Source of the DNA: Escherichia coli
GTDB lineage: Bacteria > Pseudomonadota > Gammaproteobacteria > Enterobacterales > Enterobacteriaceae
NCBI RefSeq assembly: GCF_030013205.1
Contig: NZ_CP122648.1
Reading direction: 5' to 3' (one strand)
DNA: 64,000 bases
The position numbers and the translations under genes are program-made. Of this stretch, positions 22,041 to 32,469 are shown in pieces (position 1 is the first letter of the stretch; the number at the start of each line of letters is the position of its first letter). Under the pieces are notes generated by a model. It worked only from the letters and a program-made list of their open reading frames with translations. It made no database searches and was not told the DNA's origin.

Positions 22041-24182
22041 TCAAAATTCCATTTTCACCGTGAATTGCACTTCACGCGGATCGCCAATCTGATTCCCCAG
22101 ATTATTTGTGGCGATGGAAGAGGTGTAATACGTTTTATCAAACAGGTTTTTGACGTTTAATTGCAGTGTGACCGGATACTGCAATTTCATTTTGTATGCG
22201 GCGAAGGCATCGGCAACGAAATAGCCTGGCAGATAATAGTCAGCCCCATTGGTTGCCGAACGACGGCTTACGCCATGTCCACCACCGCCAAACGTCAGTG
22301 TGTTATTGCCTGGCATGTTATGAATGTCATAGGTCAGGAATAGCGAACCGGTATGACGAGGAACATTCGGCAATGGTTTCCCTGCATAATCAGGATCCTC
22401 CAGAACCTTAGCATCGGTATAGTCGTAGCTGGCAATGATATTAATGTTTTCAGTTAATGCTCCCGCAAGGTCGACTTCTACCCCTCTTGAACGAACGCGG
22501 CCTGCCGTTTTGGCGATGGTTTCATCACCAATACTTTCGGTATACAACACGTTACGTTTATGGATATCAAACAGCGCAATATCTGCGGTTATACCATCGA
22601 ACAGCTCGAATTTTGCCCCGACTTCGTAAGCATTAGATGATTCCGGTGGAAGATCTCCGATGTAGCTGGCAATTGACGATTGCGGCATAAATGTTTGCGA
22701 ATAATTAGCAAATAAGGATACCGATGGCGTCAGTTTGTAGACTAACCCCAGTTTGGGCGTCCATTGTTCATCGCGGCTGTCAGTATTGACATTAAAAGGA
22801 CGGCCTTTACCCGCATACTGCGTGTAATACTGATAGCGGATCCCGGCGACGGCAATCCAGTTATCGGTCAGATAGAGCGCGTCCTGTGCATACGCTGAGT
22901 AGCTCTCCTGTTTGATCGTCTGATCACTGTCCGACGCCGAAACCGTTGTGCATTTGCTGGTATTGCCATAAACGGGGTTGTAGATATTGAAATCTTTAGC
23001 GTTTTTACAGCGAATCATATCTGTGCGCAGAAGATCATAATATTCATATGACACCCCACCCAGAATCTCATTATAGAACCCAGCAATATCAACATTCCCT
23101 TGCAGATCCGCACGAGTAGAATGCATACGCTGGGTAGATCCCTGAGTTGCATCAACACGCCGTGTCAGCGTTCCTGTCGTTGCATCATACGCGGTAACAC
23201 GAGCCTGATTGTCGCTGTATTTATCCTGGCTGTAGCTGTAATCAAAGCGCGCTGTCCACTGGCTATTGAGATGATATTCTGCGTTGAGTTGCGCCAGATC
23301 GGACTGACCATTTGTAATATTAAACGGTTCGTCAAAACGTATTTTTCGATCAACGTTTACGGGCTGTTTCGTCGTAAGGTCGAAAATCGTTCCACGATCG
23401 AACGGAGTTTTATAGTCCCGATGGGAATAGAGCATGGTTACTGTTGCATTATCACCAAACCAGGTGAGTGACGGGGCAATAAATGTACTGCGCTCTTTAC
23501 CGAAGTTTCGCCAGTAATCTTCATCCTGCACTTCCCCCGTCAGGCGGTATGCCAGCTGAGTGCCTTCAATGGGACCTGTGATATCAAGTTGCCCAGTGCC
23601 TCCGCCAAAACTGGAGGACGTGGCTGAGACAGAACCATGGAATGTTTTTTCCGGGCGCTTGGTCACGACGTTAATCAGTCCACCAGGATCGAGAATGCCA
23701 TACAGCGTGGAGGCCGGACCTTTTAGCACTTCCACACGTTCTGTGGCGGCGTTGAAACTGCGAGGAAGTACAGTTCGCAGGCCGTTGGTCATGATGGAGC
23801 CATCCCGGTTAGCACCAAACCCACGACGTACAAAGGCGTCCTGAGTTCCGCCTAATGTATTGGTCTGTACCACGTTACTGACGTTATAAAGCGCTTCATC
23901 CAGCGTCGTCGCATTCTGATTTTCCAGAACCTGATCGCTAACCGTATTGACCACCTGCGGGATATCCAGCATCGGCATATCGGTTAATGTCGCCGTGGAA
24001 GTGCTCAGAGGTTGATAACCATCGGTCGCCTCAGTTGCGGTATTTGCATCCGCTGTCACAGTGATTGTTTCGCCATCTTTGGTCGTTGCAGTGTCGGTTG
24101 CATGAATCATTGGTGCTGCAAAGAGCAGTGAAAAGAGCGCCCGACCTTTGATTCCTGAGAATGAAGGTGTGAACTTAGCCAT
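22041..24182 (-). CDS. TonB-dependent outer membrane receptor (siderophore-receptor type), 713 aa
   Basis: Signal peptide ending IHA, TonB box ETITVTA, plug and barrel regions, C-terminal aromatic residue (…KMEF). Confidence 0.85.
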   Translation of the reverse strand: MAKFTPSFSGIKGRALFSLLFAAPMIHATDTATTKDGETITVTADANTATEATDGYQPLSTSTATLTDMPMLDIPQVVNTVSDQVLENQNATTLDEALYNVSNVVQTNTLGGTQDAFVRRGFGANRDGSIMTNGLRTVLPRSFNAATERVEVLKGPASTLYGILDPGGLINVVTKRPEKTFHGSVSATSSSFGGGTGQLDITGPIEGTQLAYRLTGEVQDEDYWRNFGKERSTFIAPSLTWFGDNATVTMLYSHRDYKTPFDRGTIFDLTTKQPVNVDRKIRFDEPFNITNGQSDLAQLNAEYHLNSQWTARFDYSYSQDKYSDNQARVTAYDATTGTLTRRVDATQGSTQRMHSTRADLQGNVDIAGFYNEILGGVSYEYYDLLRTDMIRCKNAKDFNIYNPVYGNTSKCTTVSASDSDQTIKQESYSAYAQDALYLTDNWIAVAGIRYQYYTQYAGKGRPFNVNTDSRDEQWTPKLGLVYKLTPSVSLFANYSQTFMPQSSIASYIGDLPPESSNAYEVGAKFELFDGITADIALFDIHKRNVLYTESIGDETIAKTAGRVRSRGVEVDLAGALTENINIIASYDYTDAKVLEDPDYAGKPLPNVPRHTGSLFLTYDIHNMPGNNTLTFGGGGHGVSRRSATNGADYYLPGYFVADAFAAYKMKLQYPVTLQLNVKNLFDKTYYTSSIATNNLGNQIGDPREVQFTVKMEF

Positions 24183-24281
24183 TTAGTCTGTTATCCCAAA
24201 AACTCACGGATTGTCGTGAGTGAAAATTGTTTCTTGTTGCTCACTAAGCACTATCCGTTTGTTATTTCGCCATCGGATATG

Positions 24282-24302
24282 TAATTGAGAATCATTCAAT
24301 CA
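24282..24302. promoter_or_regulatory. Fur-box-like sequence in the divergent receptor/ABC promoter region
   Basis: TAATTGAGAATCATTCAATCA resembles the Fur consensus GATAATGATAATCATTATC; located about 100 bp upstream of the receptor start. Confidence 0.35.
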
Positions 24303-24555
24303 TGCGGTAATGTAGTAGTAAATGAGAAATAACAAAAAATTGCTACATGTGTTTTTATGAGAGGTTAATGCAATTCAATTGATGGTAATTTATTAATATT
24401 TAATGGTTTTATTTTTATCTTTAAAAATATTTCACCTGTTATTTACCTTGTTTTTGTATGGCTTTTAACTTCTTGACTACTACATTTTGTGGCGTCAAAC
24501 TCTCAAAAGAGAATGAGTTTTATTTTTGTTTGTCTTTGATTAAGTTGGCGTACAC

Positions 24556-25365
24556 GTGGCACATAACGCAAAAGGGCAGGGGCTGATCCTCGACAATGTT
24601 TCTGCCGGGTATCACACGAAAATCATTGTTGATGGTGTTTCTTTCTCCGTTCCCACAGAAAAAATGACCGTTCTGGTTGGGGCAAACGGCTGTGGAAAGT
24701 CGACGTTGCTCAGCACCATTGCACGTATCTTGCAACCTATGGGCGGCTCGATATTGCTGGATGGTAAAGCGATTCACGAGCAACCAACGAAAGCGTTATC
24801 CCGTAGACTTGGGATCTTGCCGCAGTCGCCATTATTGCCGGAGGGCTTAACCGTTTATGAACTGGTGTCGCGTGGGCGTTTTCCCTGGCAGAATTTCATT
24901 CGTCAATGGAGCGACGCCGACGAGCAGGCGGTAGAAGAGGCCCTGAAATTAACCGGTACGCAGGAGTTTGCACATTTACCTGTTGAAAAACTTTCTGGTG
25001 GGCAGCGCCAGCGTTGCTGGATTGCGATGGTGTTGGCGCAAAAGACGCCTTATATCCTGCTGGATGAACCCACAACCTGGCTTGATTTACGTTATCAGGT
25101 TGAAATTCTTGAGTTATTACATGATTTAACGCGTCATCACGGGCGTACAGTCGTCGTGGTGTTGCATGATCTGAATTTTGCCGTCAATTATGGTGATACG
25201 TTGATATTTTTACGCCAGGGGAAAGTGGTGCGTGTGTTGAATGAGGGGGAACATTGCACGCCTGAGCTGGTAAAAGCTGTCTTTGACGTTGATGTTCACG
25301 CATCAATAAATCCTCTGACGGGAAAGCCGTTCTTCATGCCGTTTCGTGGTGTAGAAAAAGTATGA
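24556..25365 (+). CDS. ABC transporter ATP-binding protein (FecE/FepC/BtuD type), 269 aa
   Basis: Walker A GANGCGKST, signature LSGGQRQR, Walker B ILLDEP; GTG start. Confidence 0.85.
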   Translation: MAHNAKGQGLILDNVSAGYHTKIIVDGVSFSVPTEKMTVLVGANGCGKSTLLSTIARILQPMGGSILLDGKAIHEQPTKALSRRLGILPQSPLLPEGLTVYELVSRGRFPWQNFIRQWSDADEQAVEEALKLTGTQEFAHLPVEKLSGGQRQRCWIAMVLAQKTPYILLDEPTTWLDLRYQVEILELLHDLTRHHGRTVVVVLHDLNFAVNYGDTLIFLRQGKVVRVLNEGEHCTPELVKAVFDVDVHASINPLTGKPFFMPFRGVEKV

Positions 25366-26345
25366 TGCGCACAGGGCTGGTTACTGTAATTTTCCTCGCC
25401 TTACTGCTGGTGGGATGCGTGGTATATCCAGGGATTGGTGCCCGATTTATTGCACCACAAACGGTGTTGCAGGCATTTCTTCATTTTGAACCGCAAAACT
25501 TCGATCACAACGTAATTGTAAGACTCCGTTTGCCGCGTTTAGCGGCAGCATTGCTTACCGGTGCTTCTCTTGGAGTTGCTGGTGCTTTGTTGCAGGCTGT
25601 CATTCGTAACCCATTGGGGGAGCCACATATTTTAGGCTTAAATGCCGGAGCCGCTCTTGCTGTCGTTGCTGCCAGTGCGCTTGGGCTGGCCTTTCCGGTT
25701 GGACGCCCACTGCTGGCATCTACGGGCGGCGCGTTATTGTTCCTGTTGATATTGCTGCTTTCCTCCGCAGGGCGTTCAGGGTTAACGCCAATGAAAGTTA
25801 CTTTATGCGGCGTGGCGCTATCGGCGTTCGTGTCCTCAATAACGGCTGCAATCCTGATTCTTGACGAACAAACACTGCTGGCGATGCGGACATGGCTAGC
25901 AGGTGATTTAGCGGGGCAGGATTGGGCGACGCTGGGTACGTCCGCCTGGTTTTCTCTGGGGGGGGTTGTGTTAGCCATTTACCTTGCGCCCTCTCTTAAC
26001 ATGTTGGCACTGGGTGATCGCATGGCGCAGGGGCTGGGCGTCTCGGTACTCCGCACGCGAACATTCACTCTGCTTGCGATCGCGTTGCTCTGTGGCGCAG
26101 CCGTATCGATTGCTGGCCCCATTGGTTTTGTCGGTCTGCTAGTACCGCAGATTGTCAGGCGTCTGGTATCAGCGGATCTGCGCGTTCTGCTCCCTCTTTC
26201 AGCTTGTGTCGGCGCGCTTTTGTTATTACTGGCAGATATTATTGCTCGGACGCTTTTCACGCCCCATGAGTTAGCGACCGGTGTCATGACGGCGTTAGTT
26301 GGTGCGCCTGTTTTTGTCATTATGGCGACGAGGATGTTCAAATGA
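25362..26345 (+). CDS. ABC permease, FecCD family, 327 aa
   Basis: Polytopic membrane protein with FecCD-like pattern; start overlaps ATPase stop. Confidence 0.8.
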   Translation: MMRTGLVTVIFLALLLVGCVVYPGIGARFIAPQTVLQAFLHFEPQNFDHNVIVRLRLPRLAAALLTGASLGVAGALLQAVIRNPLGEPHILGLNAGAALAVVAASALGLAFPVGRPLLASTGGALLFLLILLLSSAGRSGLTPMKVTLCGVALSAFVSSITAAILILDEQTLLAMRTWLAGDLAGQDWATLGTSAWFSLGGVVLAIYLAPSLNMLALGDRMAQGLGVSVLRTRTFTLLAIALLCGAAVSIAGPIGFVGLLVPQIVRRLVSADLRVLLPLSACVGALLLLLADIIARTLFTPHELATGVMTALVGAPVFVIMATRMFK

Positions 26346-27391
26346 GTCGGATAATGAACGTCGGGCTACGTCCACTACGTGTTGGTAAGTTTTCGACACT
26401 GGTACGCCCTAAAAATCTGGTGTTGCTTGGTGGGCTGTTTCTGTTTGCGGTTGGAATACTGATATTCGGTCTGATGCAGGGTTCTTTTTCTGTCCCGGCA
26501 TCGGAAGTAGGACGAGCGTTGTTTGCTCCAGAAAACGTAAGCACAGACGCACGTTATATTGTGCAGGATATTCGCTTGCCGAGAGTCATCATGGCATTGC
26601 TATGCGGAGCCATGTTAGGTATGGCGGGGGCCGCGATGCAATCCATTGCGCGTAACGGCCTTGCCGATCCTGGTTTAATCGGCGTCAAAGAAGGATGTAG
26701 CGTGGCGGTGCTGTGGCTGATTTTCCAGTTTCCAATGCTGGGAATGTTCTGGCGTCCAGTGGCTGGTCTTGCTGGTGGCTTGTTGGTGGCTTTAATCGTG
26801 ATTTTTTGTGCGCGCGATATTTCCCGCCCGCGATTTGTTCTGATTGGTATTGGTGTTTCCTGGTTTTTCGCCGCCGGTATCGGTGTATTTATGACCACTG
26901 CAGATGTTCGAGATGTACAAACTGCATTGATGTGGTTATCGGGAAGCCTGCATGCAGCTAACTGGATGTTAGTCGGTATTTCAGCCTGTTGGATGTTGCC
27001 AGCCGCTCTTTTATTGCTGTTCACCGCCAGGACGGCGGATATCGCTCTGCTTGGTCATCAGGTTGCAACCGGGTTAGGGGTGAATAGTTCTCGTCTGGCG
27101 TTGTTACGTGTCGCCGCACCAATAATCCTGACAGCCGTCTGCGTTTCGTGTGTTGGTAACATCGGTTTTGTCGGATTGATAGCACCCCATATATCACGTT
27201 TTATTCTACGTGGCGGGCAGACGACATTACTGCTGGGGAGCGCCGTATCGGGGGCGTTGTTAGTCATCCTGGCGGATAGCATTGGTCGTTTGGCTTTTTT
27301 GCCTTTGCAACTGCCTGCCGGAATCATTATTTCATTGATTGGTGGACCATTCTTTTTGCTACTGCTCTGGCAGCGCAGGAACAGTTTTTAA
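26342..27391 (+). CDS. ABC permease, FecCD family, 349 aa
   Basis: Second FecCD-like permease; start overlaps preceding stop. Confidence 0.8.
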   Translation: MSRIMNVGLRPLRVGKFSTLVRPKNLVLLGGLFLFAVGILIFGLMQGSFSVPASEVGRALFAPENVSTDARYIVQDIRLPRVIMALLCGAMLGMAGAAMQSIARNGLADPGLIGVKEGCSVAVLWLIFQFPMLGMFWRPVAGLAGGLLVALIVIFCARDISRPRFVLIGIGVSWFFAAGIGVFMTTADVRDVQTALMWLSGSLHAANWMLVGISACWMLPAALLLLFTARTADIALLGHQVATGLGVNSSRLALLRVAAPIILTAVCVSCVGNIGFVGLIAPHISRFILRGGQTTLLLGSAVSGALLVILADSIGRLAFLPLQLPAGIIISLIGGPFFLLLLWQRRNSF

Positions 27392-27401
27392 TGGGAGTTA
27401 T

Positions 27402-28349
27402 ATGCGTTTATTTTTTTCTCTGCTGATACTGTTGTCATTCTTTGCCCGCGCGACAGAACCTGTTCAGGTCTTTACTGATGATTTAGGGCGCAAAGTTACT
27501 GTTCCTGCTCATCCAAAGAGAATTGTCTCTTTACACGATCTTGATATCACTATTCCTCTGATTGAGCTCGGTGTACCTCCTGTCGCCAGCCACGGGCGAA
27601 CCCGGCCTGATGGTAGCCATTTCATTCGATCAGGCGCGTTATTGACAGGTGTCGACTTTGATAATTCATCGATCGCTTTTATTGGCACCGCTGATATTGA
27701 TATTGAAGCGATTGTGGCGGCAAAGCCTGACCTGATCATCACAGAACCGACCCGTAATACGCCCATTGAACAACTGGAAAAAATTGCGCCCACGGTGAGC
27801 ATTGATCATCTCAAAGGAGGCGCGCCAGAAATCTACCGCAAGCTGGCAGAACTTACAGGAACGCAGTCGCAGCTGGCGATACTTGAACGCCGCTATCAGG
27901 CACAAATCAATGCGCTGAAGGCGACGCTGGACAGCCAAAAAATAACGGTATCGGTGATTCAGGCAAATCAGGGAAAAATTAATGTGATGCATAGCTATCA
28001 TTCGCTGGGGCGGGTATTACGCGATGCTGGTTTTCGCTTTCCGCCGCTGATTGAGAGCATTCCTGAAGGTGGGCGAATGGATGTGAGCGCAGAGCGTTTA
28101 CCTGAACTGGATGCCGATTTTGTTTTTGCAACCTGGCGCGGTGACACCGGTGGTAAACCTCAGGATGAGCTGGCAGCAATGGAAAAAGTCATGCCGGGAT
28201 GGTGTCAGTTTCTGACGGCCTGTCGTTCCGGGCGCTATGTGCTGATTTCTCGTGAAGAGGCGATTTCTAACTCCTTTGCATCTCTGGGGCTGATGGCTGC
28301 GCAGATACAATCACAAATTGCGGGACGACCTCTACCGGAGGCTAAATGA
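27402..28349 (+). CDS. Periplasmic substrate-binding protein (class III, FecB/FhuD/BtuF-like), 315 aa
   Basis: Signal peptide MRLFFSLLILLSFFARA; SD GGGAG 4 nt upstream; ORF-track upstream start rejected. Confidence 0.75.
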   Translation: MRLFFSLLILLSFFARATEPVQVFTDDLGRKVTVPAHPKRIVSLHDLDITIPLIELGVPPVASHGRTRPDGSHFIRSGALLTGVDFDNSSIAFIGTADIDIEAIVAAKPDLIITEPTRNTPIEQLEKIAPTVSIDHLKGGAPEIYRKLAELTGTQSQLAILERRYQAQINALKATLDSQKITVSVIQANQGKINVMHSYHSLGRVLRDAGFRFPPLIESIPEGGRMDVSAERLPELDADFVFATWRGDTGGKPQDELAAMEKVMPGWCQFLTACRSGRYVLISREEAISNSFASLGLMAAQIQSQIAGRPLPEAK

Positions 28350-29233
28350 TCCAGAAAGACAAAACGCGGGTTGATATTTATGGTGAGCGTTTTCGCACTC
28401 GCGCGAGTCAGTTAACGCCTGGGTTAAGAGCTGTCGCAAGCTACATTAATGAGCATCGTGAAGTGGTACTCGAGCAAACGGCGATGGAAATTGCGGCCAC
28501 GTTGAACACTTCCGATGCCACAGTTATCAGGGCTATACAGGCTCTGGGGTTTGCCGGGCTGCGTGATCTGAAACGCACTCTGGAACAGTGGCTTGGTCCA
28601 GCCCTTAGTTCCAGCGAAAAGATGTCTACGACGGTGAGTAACTTGACGAGCGATGTTAACACCGCAATCGACTTTGTTCTTGAAGGGCATTTGTATACTT
28701 GTAATGTCCTGTCAGAGCCTGAAAACCGCCACGCGCTTGCGCAAGCTGTAGCGTTGTTGGTGCAGGCACGGCAAGTCGCTATTTTTGGCATTGGCGCTTC
28801 GGGTATCCTGGCGGACTATACCGCACGACTATTCAACCGCATAGGTTTGCCTGCCACGGCACTAAACCGTACGGGTATTGGCCTTGCCGAGCAACTGATC
28901 GCGCTTCAACGTGGCGATGTTCTGATCATGATGGCGCAAAAATCTGCGCACCGGGAAGGGCTGACAACGCTTCGTGAGGCGAGGCGGCTGGGGATCCCTG
29001 TTATTTTGCTGACAAACGCGCTGGATTCACGTTTTAGCAAAGACGCCAGTATCGTGATTCATGTTCCGCGCGGGGATGAAAAGGGGAAAACGCCACTACA
29101 TGGTACGGTATTGTTGTGTCTGGAAATGATTGTCTGGTCGGTAGCTTCCGCAGTGCCGCAGCGTGCGGTTAAAACCATTAAGCGAATTAACGATTTCCAT
29201 CGAGGACTGAAAACGGGAAGAAAGAATGGCTAA
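28346..29233 (+). CDS. RpiR/MurR-family transcriptional regulator (N-terminal HTH, C-terminal SIS domain), 295 aa
   Basis: HTH region ...EIAATLNTSDATVIRAIQALGF...; SIS-like IFGIGASG ... GDVLIMMAQKS ... IPVILLTN; start overlaps the binding-protein stop. Confidence 0.75.
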   Translation: MIQKDKTRVDIYGERFRTRASQLTPGLRAVASYINEHREVVLEQTAMEIAATLNTSDATVIRAIQALGFAGLRDLKRTLEQWLGPALSSSEKMSTTVSNLTSDVNTAIDFVLEGHLYTCNVLSEPENRHALAQAVALLVQARQVAIFGIGASGILADYTARLFNRIGLPATALNRTGIGLAEQLIALQRGDVLIMMAQKSAHREGLTTLREARRLGIPVILLTNALDSRFSKDASIVIHVPRGDEKGKTPLHGTVLLCLEMIVWSVASAVPQRAVKTIKRINDFHRGLKTGRKNG

Positions 29234-29277
29234 TCTGGGCTGAGACCGGTAGCAGCACCGGCCTCTTTTCAGGAATG

Positions 29278-29592
29278 TTAAATCCCCGGTTGCAGAATAC
29301 GGATATTCATCTCCAGCACGTCGCCTTTTACGGCTTCGCTGTACGCCTTCATGTGCGGGGTTTGCAGATGCGCTTCAAGATGCGCGATGCTTTCCCACTG
29401 CTCAATCATCACGATAGAATCCGGTGCCATAGACTGGAAACTCACGCCAGCAGCGCAATCCACCATTGGCGCATAGCCGTGGCAACCTTCTTCTTTCAGT
29501 ACGGTTGGAACGATTTTAGCAAACTGATCCAATACTGCCTGACGGTGATGTTGACCAGGACGAGTACGGATTTCTGCGATTACGGTAAGCAT
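29278..29592 (-). CDS. ygiN: Quinol monooxygenase YgiN, 104 aa
   Basis: Translation and size match YgiN; downstream of mdaB. Confidence 0.9.
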   Translation of the reverse strand: MLTVIAEIRTRPGQHHRQAVLDQFAKIVPTVLKEEGCHGYAPMVDCAAGVSFQSMAPDSIVMIEQWESIAHLEAHLQTPHMKAYSEAVKGDVLEMNIRILQPGI

Positions 29593-29618
29593 GGTTAACT
29601 CCTTCTAAAGCCTGAGCT

Positions 29619-30203
29619 CTAGTTAACGAAAATTTCCACAAGATGCTTGCGATATTCTTCAGTATAGCGGGGAACATCAGGCATTTTTATCACGTCATTA
29701 GCGATAAATGTCGGCAGCGGTTCCATGCCAAGGAATTGGTTTGCTTTATGGAACGGCAGATACACACCGTCAACGCCAACGCCGTGGAAGAACTGATCTT
29801 TTTCGGTGAAGGCTTCCATTGGTGCGTTCCAGGTCAGAGAAAGCATATATTTTTTGCCCTGTACCAGGCCGCCGGAACCGTATTTTTTCGACGGATCTTT
29901 GCGGGTACGACCATCGCTGGCATACAGAGTCCCGTGACCTTCGGTGAATACATCATCAATGTATTTTTTCACTGTCCACGGCGCGCCCATCCACCAGCCT
30001 GGCATCTGCCAGATCACCACATCAGCCCAGAGAAAGTTTTGTACTTCCGCTTTGACATCGTAGTCGCTGTCGGCGCGAACGATGCGAACATCATGCCCGA
30101 GGTCGCGCAGTGTGCCATCCGCGACTTCGGTCAGGGTGTCGTTCAGTTGACCATTGGAGTGGGCGAATTTTTTCGCGCCGTTGATAATCAGGATGTTGCT
30201 CAT
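29619..30203 (-). CDS. mdaB: NADPH:quinone oxidoreductase MdaB
   Basis: Flavodoxin-like translation MSNILIINGAKKFAHSNGQLN...; conserved context. Confidence 0.9.
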   Translation of the reverse strand: MSNILIINGAKKFAHSNGQLNDTLTEVADGTLRDLGHDVRIVRADSDYDVKAEVQNFLWADVVIWQMPGWWMGAPWTVKKYIDDVFTEGHGTLYASDGRTRKDPSKKYGSGGLVQGKKYMLSLTWNAPMEAFTEKDQFFHGVGVDGVYLPFHKANQFLGMEPLPTFIANDVIKMPDVPRYTEEYRKHLVEIFVN

Positions 30204-30312
30204 TTTTTAACCTCAAGGTGAGACGTTTGTCGACTATAGTACGTCACAGAGCGGTACGGTGAAATTAGCAAAATGTGCAAAGTCTTTTGCTAATTTAGCA
30301 AAAGTCTTACCC

Positions 30313-31662
30313 TTACCAGCTCACCTTCGCCTCAAATCCACCTTGTTCCGCATTCCCAAACTCAACATTCATGCCATGCAATTTGGCGATTCGCTGGACA
30401 ATCGATAGCCCAAGTCCACTGCCGGTAGCGGTTTGTCCGGGTGGGCGATAGAAGCGTTCGCCAATTCTCGCCAGTGCCTCTGGCGTCACACCGGGGCCGT
30501 TATCCCTCACGATGAAATTTTCGGCATTCAGCGTGACGTCCACCACGCTGCCCTGTGGACTGTAGCGCACGGCGTTATCCAGAAGGTTTCGTACCAACAA
30601 ACTTAGCAACAGCGGTTGTCCGGTGCGTTTGATACCGTGGGCATTGAGTGTCAGTCGCACGTCAATTTTCGCCTGCTGCGCCGTGTGGTAAATATCCATT
30701 ACCGACGATTGCAGGAGATCTTCAAGCGGGATCTCCGCGACGTCCTGAAGGTTATCCAGTGAGTCCAGCCGCGATAGCGTGAGCAGTTGATCAACCAGAC
30801 GAGTAGCACGATCGATTCCGGAATGTAATTGAAGCAGCGCTTTTTTCCGCGCCTGCGGATCATCGTCAGAGAGCTGCGCAACTTCGGTTTGCACTTTCAG
30901 CGCCGTTAACGGGCTACGAAGTTCGTGAGCTGCGTCGGAGGTAAAGCGTCGTTCACGAACCATCATCGCATGTGTGCGGGCGAACAGTTGATTCAACGAC
31001 TCAACCAGTGGACGCACTTCGCTGGGTACGCCCGTCGCGTTTAGTGGTTTTTCCGAGTCAGGGTCACGCATACGTAGTGCCAGCGCCAGTTTGTTCAGCG
31101 GCGCGAGTTCACGACCCAGTAGTACCATCATGATGATTAACATAATCGGCAGTGCGACAAGCCACGGGATCAATTGCCCGGCAACAATCGCCAGCGCCAT
31201 GTCTTCGCGGTATTCCCATTCCTGACCAACAACGATGCGATATTTGCCATCAGGTGAGGTCATCCAGACAAAACGCCAGGGATCGTCTTCACCGACCAGT
31301 TGCCCGTCAGCAAAACCTTCCCGTTGATAGCTATAGGGAATATCTTCTCCGTTATCGCCATCGTTAAGGACCATTCTGCCGTCGTGGGTAAAGATGGCAA
31401 AGGTCAGCGCATCGTCATCAACATGACCGTGTTTTAATTTATTTGGCGTCTGTGCCATGCGATCTGCCGCGTTGATTTCGTTGAGATCGAGCGTACTTAA
31501 CCGCTTGGCAAACAGCATCAGTTGGGTGTCGAACAACTCATCGACGTTATCCGTTGTTTGTTTCCAGGCGACAAAGCTGGAAAGCAGCCAAGTCACTGAG
31601 GCCAGAATTAAAAAGATTAGCGTCAGCCTGACTCGCAGACTAAGACGTTGGGTAAATTTCAT
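30313..31662 (-). CDS. qseC: Sensor histidine kinase QseC
   Basis: 449 aa; two TM segments, H-box AAHELRSPL, ATPase motifs. Confidence 0.9.
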   Translation of the reverse strand: MKFTQRLSLRVRLTLIFLILASVTWLLSSFVAWKQTTDNVDELFDTQLMLFAKRLSTLDLNEINAADRMAQTPNKLKHGHVDDDALTFAIFTHDGRMVLNDGDNGEDIPYSYQREGFADGQLVGEDDPWRFVWMTSPDGKYRIVVGQEWEYREDMALAIVAGQLIPWLVALPIMLIIMMVLLGRELAPLNKLALALRMRDPDSEKPLNATGVPSEVRPLVESLNQLFARTHAMMVRERRFTSDAAHELRSPLTALKVQTEVAQLSDDDPQARKKALLQLHSGIDRATRLVDQLLTLSRLDSLDNLQDVAEIPLEDLLQSSVMDIYHTAQQAKIDVRLTLNAHGIKRTGQPLLLSLLVRNLLDNAVRYSPQGSVVDVTLNAENFIVRDNGPGVTPEALARIGERFYRPPGQTATGSGLGLSIVQRIAKLHGMNVEFGNAEQGGFEAKVSW

Positions 31663-32318
31663 TTCTCACCTAATGTGTAGCCAATACCATGAACGGTACG
31701 AATAAAATCACTGCCGAGTTTGCGTCGCAGATGATGCACATGCACTTCAACGGCATTACTGGTGACCTCTTCGTCCCAGGTATACAGTTTCTCTTCAATC
31801 AGTTTGCGCGGCAGTACCCGACCAGCGTTACGCATCAGTAATTCCAGCAGGGCAAATTCTTTTGGTTTCAGCGTTAAGGGTTCGCCAGCCAGCGTGGCGA
31901 TACGTTTGCCGGGGTCGAGCATGACGTTGCCGTGGCGCAGCTCGTTGCTGGCCTGGCCGTTGGTTCGGCGCATCAGAGCTTCCAGCCTGGCGGCGACTTC
32001 TATCAACGCAAAAGGTTTACACAGATAATCGTCAGCTCCCAGACGCAGCCCTTCTACACGTTCCGCCAGCGCATCGCGCGCGGTCAGGATCAGTACCGGC
32101 TCACGCTGACCTTTTTCTCGCCATTCGCGCAAAATATCGCGACCATCCATGCCCGGTAAGGTTAAATCCAGGATCACCGCATCATAAGGCGCACTATATA
32201 GCGCCTCTTTTCCCTGACGACCTTGTGTAAACCAGTCGACGCTAAAACCCATTTTACTAAGGCCCGTTTTGATGCCGTCGCCAATCAGCATGTCATCTTC
32301 TATCAGTAAAATTCGCAT
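31659..32318 (-). CDS. qseB: Response regulator QseB (OmpR family)
   Basis: 219 aa; receiver plus winged-helix domain; overlaps qseC start. Confidence 0.9.
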   Translation of the reverse strand: MRILLIEDDMLIGDGIKTGLSKMGFSVDWFTQGRQGKEALYSAPYDAVILDLTLPGMDGRDILREWREKGQREPVLILTARDALAERVEGLRLGADDYLCKPFALIEVAARLEALMRRTNGQASNELRHGNVMLDPGKRIATLAGEPLTLKPKEFALLELLMRNAGRVLPRKLIEEKLYTWDEEVTSNAVEVHVHHLRRKLGSDFIRTVHGIGYTLGEK

Positions 32319-32469
32319 TTTTTCATCCCTGCGATAACCGTATTTGCTGCCAGTAAACCGTGTTGTAACGCGCTCTGTACAGCATTAAATTTTATTTTTT
32401 TCCCTTAAGAAGTTGTTAAGGACTATCTTGTTAAATGCTCGGAAACAGACATTAAAGGGAGTAATAAAC

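Noticed and set aside
27339..27401. Upstream start for the binding-protein gene at 27339, overlapping the permease by 53 bp
   Set aside because: The signal peptide begins at MRLFFSLL (27402) with an SD 4 nt upstream.
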